A DNA stretch of 64,000 bases from Dehalococcoidia bacterium (GTDB taxonomy: Bacteria > Chloroflexota > Dehalococcoidia > Lucifugimonadales > UBA3495): contig CBDCPI010000006.1 of NCBI GenBank assembly GCA_965220245.1, forward strand, positions 201,876 through 265,875. The letters run 5' to 3'. Shown one piece after another: positions 61,607-64,000 of the stretch; position 1 is the stretch's first letter; every line of letters starts with the position of its first letter. The translations under genes and the position numbers were made by a program. Under the pieces are notes generated by a model, which searched no databases, was not told the origin of the DNA, and saw nothing but the letters and a program-made list of their open reading frames with translations.

Positions 61607-63007
61607 ATGGCAGATAACGATATCGTTCTGATGGCGCATTTAATGAGGCGCGTCGGGTTTGGCGCCCAGTACCATGAGCTGGAGGCTCGGGCTGCCAAGG
61701 GTTACCAGGCGACCCTGGAAGAACTGCTGAATCCCGAAGACCATTCCAACGGCTTGGAATTGGACCTGGCGGAGCGGTACTTCATCGAGTGGAACCAGTT
61801 CACCAGAGGAGTCCCGGAATACTTCGCTTGGCGGATGATCAACTCCAAGAGCCAGTTGGAAGAGAAGATGGTGCTCTTCTGGCATGGCATCCTGTGCACT
61901 GCCGACAGTAAGACGCAGAGTTATCCCACGTCTTACAAGGAATTGGAGATGTTTCGCCAATATGGCATGGGCAGCTTCAGGGACCTGCTGGTCCAGATTT
62001 CCAAAGACCCGGCCATGGTGTTCTTCCTGGATAACTGCCTAAGCCACAAAGACGCCATCAACGAGAACTACGGGCGGGAGCTCTTGGAGTTGTTCTCGAT
62101 GGGTGTGGGCATGGACGGGGAGTTCAACTACACCGAGGATGACGTGAAGGAGTGCGCCCGGGCCTTTACCGGCTGGACCATCGCCAACGGCATTCCGGGG
62201 CAGCCCTATGGGCGTTACGACTCCATGTTCGTTTATAACCCTGCCGACCACGACGACGGGGAGAAGACGTTCCTGGGAGAGACGGGGCGGTTTAACGGCG
62301 AAGACGTCATCGACATCATCGTCAAGCAGCCAGCCACGGCCCGGTTCCTTTCCCGCCACCTGTACAGTTACTTCGTCGCTGACGAAGCCCAAGTACCGTC
62401 CTGGATGAGCACCCCGCCCCGGGACCCCGAGACCATCCGAATGCTGGAAGAGGAATACTTCCGGTCGGGTTACAACATCCGCTCCATGCTGCGGGTGCTG
62501 TTCAACTCCGACGCCTTCAAGAACGCCCGGTTCTCTAGGATCAAGAGTCCGATAGAAACGGTGATAGGCACTTTGCGCCTTATCGGCGATTGGACCTCTC
62601 CCAAGCCCGGCTTTGAGTTCATTTTCGACGAAATGAAGTTCATGGGGCAGGAGATATTTAATCCGCCTTCCGTAGAAGGCTGGCATACCGGCCGGGAGTG
62701 GATCGACGGCGGGACCTTGGTGCACCGGATTAACTTCACCTCCGACTTTGTGGGAGACTCGAAATTCCCCGGCATTCAGGAGATAATTGGCCGACTGGCC
62801 TCGGAAGATGTAACCCCGTCCCCCGAAGGTGTGGTCGATGGCTGCTTGCAGTTGCTGGGGCATTACGAGCTGGCCGATGAGACCCGGGATATGCTGGTGA
62901 ACCACGCCGAGCGATCGGGAATCACCCCCGATTCCGAAGATTTCCCCGAGCAAGTCGGTGAAATGCTTCAAATGATTGTGGCTACCAAGGAGTACCTCTA
63001 CGCCTAG
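61607..63007 (+). CDS. DUF1800 domain protein, second copy
   Basis: 466 aa. LMAHLMRRVGFG...EKMVLFWHGILCT...NENYGRELLELFSMGVG...ECARAFTGW. Collinear with 27027-28430. Confidence 0.85.
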   Translation: MADNDIVLMAHLMRRVGFGAQYHELEARAAKGYQATLEELLNPEDHSNGLELDLAERYFIEWNQFTRGVPEYFAWRMINSKSQLEEKMVLFWHGILCTADSKTQSYPTSYKELEMFRQYGMGSFRDLLVQISKDPAMVFFLDNCLSHKDAINENYGRELLELFSMGVGMDGEFNYTEDDVKECARAFTGWTIANGIPGQPYGRYDSMFVYNPADHDDGEKTFLGETGRFNGEDVIDIIVKQPATARFLSRHLYSYFVADEAQVPSWMSTPPRDPETIRMLEEEYFRSGYNIRSMLRVLFNSDAFKNARFSRIKSPIETVIGTLRLIGDWTSPKPGFEFIFDEMKFMGQEIFNPPSVEGWHTGREWIDGGTLVHRINFTSDFVGDSKFPGIQEIIGRLASEDVTPSPEGVVDGCLQLLGHYELADETRDMLVNHAERSGITPDSEDFPEQVGEMLQMIVATKEYLYA

Positions 63008-63080
63008 CCGATGGCTTTGGCTAACTGGGGCACGCTCAAGAGACCGAGAGACATAACCCCATACTGGGAAGGAGAAAGAC

Positions 63081-64000
63081 ATGACGTCCAATAGAAAAGA
63101 CCCGGTGCTGGTAGTGCTGCAGATGTCGGGTGCTTACGATGCTCTCAACACGATAATTCCTTACAATGACCCCTTGTACCAGGACTACCGGCCAGTGTTG
63201 AAGGTGGAGCCGGAGCGGGTCCTCCATATCGATGACAAAGTCGGCTTCCACCCGTCCATGGCGCCGATGAAGGACCTGTACGACCAAGGCAAGGTTGCGG
63301 TCATCCAGGGTATCGGCTATCCCGACCCGATCCGTTCCCACTTCCGCTCTATGGACATCTGGCACACCGCCGAGCCCGCGAAAATGGTCACTGAAGGCTG
63401 GCTGGGTAAGGCGATCCGGGACTTGGACCCCAACAAAGAGAACGTGCTCACCGCCGTGAACTTTGGGCGCGGCCTTCCCAGGGCATTGGCGGCGCCGGGG
63501 GTGTCGGTGGCGTCGGTAGGCGACCTGACCTCCTACGGGGTATTGACCGGGATCGACGGCGAAGACCAGAGGCTGGAAGCCCTGGATATTTTCTCCAAGA
63601 TGTATTCGCCCATGATCGGCACCGGCCCGGCCAATGATTATCTGTCCCAGACCGGACTGGACGCCCTAAAAGGGGCCGACATCCTCAACACGGCGCCAGA
63701 GATGTACTCCTCCACCATTGAGTACAACGGTGACATGTTCTCCCAATGGGTGAAAAGCATCGCTCAGGTCCACTTGGCGGAGTTCGGCACCAGGATTCTT
63801 TACACCGGCCTCAACCCCGGCGCCTTCGATACCCACGCCAATCAGAACACCGCTTTCCCCAAACTCTGGGGCGAGGTTACCAACGCCGTAAGCGACCTCT
63901 ATGCGGACTTGAAAGAGCACCACGCCAACGAAGAGGTAGTCATCCTAATGTTCACCGAGTTCGGCCGGCGGGTGCAGGACAATGGCTCGGGGACCGACCA
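63081..64000 (+). CDS. DUF1501 domain protein, second copy; 3' end beyond the window
   Basis: I translated the open frame from the ATG at 63081 (RBS GGAAGGAG) to the window end: MTSNRKDPVLVVLQMSGAYDALNTIIPY...IQGIGYPDPIRSHFRSMDIWHT...FDTHANQ...FTEFGRRVQDNGSGTD. It is not in the ORF track because it leaves the window. Confidence 0.85.
   Translation, partial: MTSNRKDPVLVVLQMSGAYDALNTIIPYNDPLYQDYRPVLKVEPERVLHIDDKVGFHPSMAPMKDLYDQGKVAVIQGIGYPDPIRSHFRSMDIWHTAEPAKMVTEGWLGKAIRDLDPNKENVLTAVNFGRGLPRALAAPGVSVASVGDLTSYGVLTGIDGEDQRLEALDIFSKMYSPMIGTGPANDYLSQTGLDALKGADILNTAPEMYSSTIEYNGDMFSQWVKSIAQVHLAEFGTRILYTGLNPGAFDTHANQNTAFPKLWGEVTNAVSDLYADLKEHHANEEVVILMFTEFGRRVQDNGSGTD

Overview
GC-rich bacterial chromosomal segment, about 60% G+C by eye with two visibly AT-richer islets. 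It is probably Chloroflexota-like. That is an inference from clpC-radA synteny, the many F420/LLM-type flavoenzymes, and hairpin repeats that translate to peptides such as LSLSKG and LRQAQGE. The left ~9 kb is housekeeping: a GuaB3-like IMPDH-family gene, a stand-alone 5S rRNA, clpC, radA and moaD-moaE. It is preceded by a partial IS5/IS903-like element cut by the window edge. The remaining ~55 kb is a catabolic, accessory-looking region. It holds five luciferase-like (LLM) oxidoreductases, a DDN-type F420 enzyme, hydantoinase, amidase, deaminase-like amidohydrolase, formamidase, a Rieske oxygenase alpha subunit and an HpaB-family hydroxylase. It also holds FAH, a TPP enzyme, an E1alpha/E1beta/E2 2-oxoacid dehydrogenase cluster, a pgi-gnd block and two paralogous DUF1800-DUF1501 pairs. 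Intergenic DNA is saturated with hairpin REP/MITE-like repeats of several families. There is one complete IS4-family element with an 11-bp target duplication. The most unusual items are: (i) a tandemly duplicated, translationally coupled pair of PaREP1/HEPN-like small proteins at 30.5-32.1 kb, next to an RHH-like + PD-(D/E)xK pair and a transposase remnant; (ii) a small GIY-YIG nuclease gene inside a ~520-bp cassette with ~55-bp terminal inverted repeats and a 10-bp flanking direct repeat at 54.0-54.6 kb; (iii) a nuclease-like/cold-shock-domain fusion on an AT-rich islet at 15.7-16.4 kb; (iv) a 155-bp element present twice with 100% identity just upstream of two minus-strand genes. No CRISPR array, tRNA or prophage was seen. 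All functional calls rest on motif recognition by eye, not on database searches.
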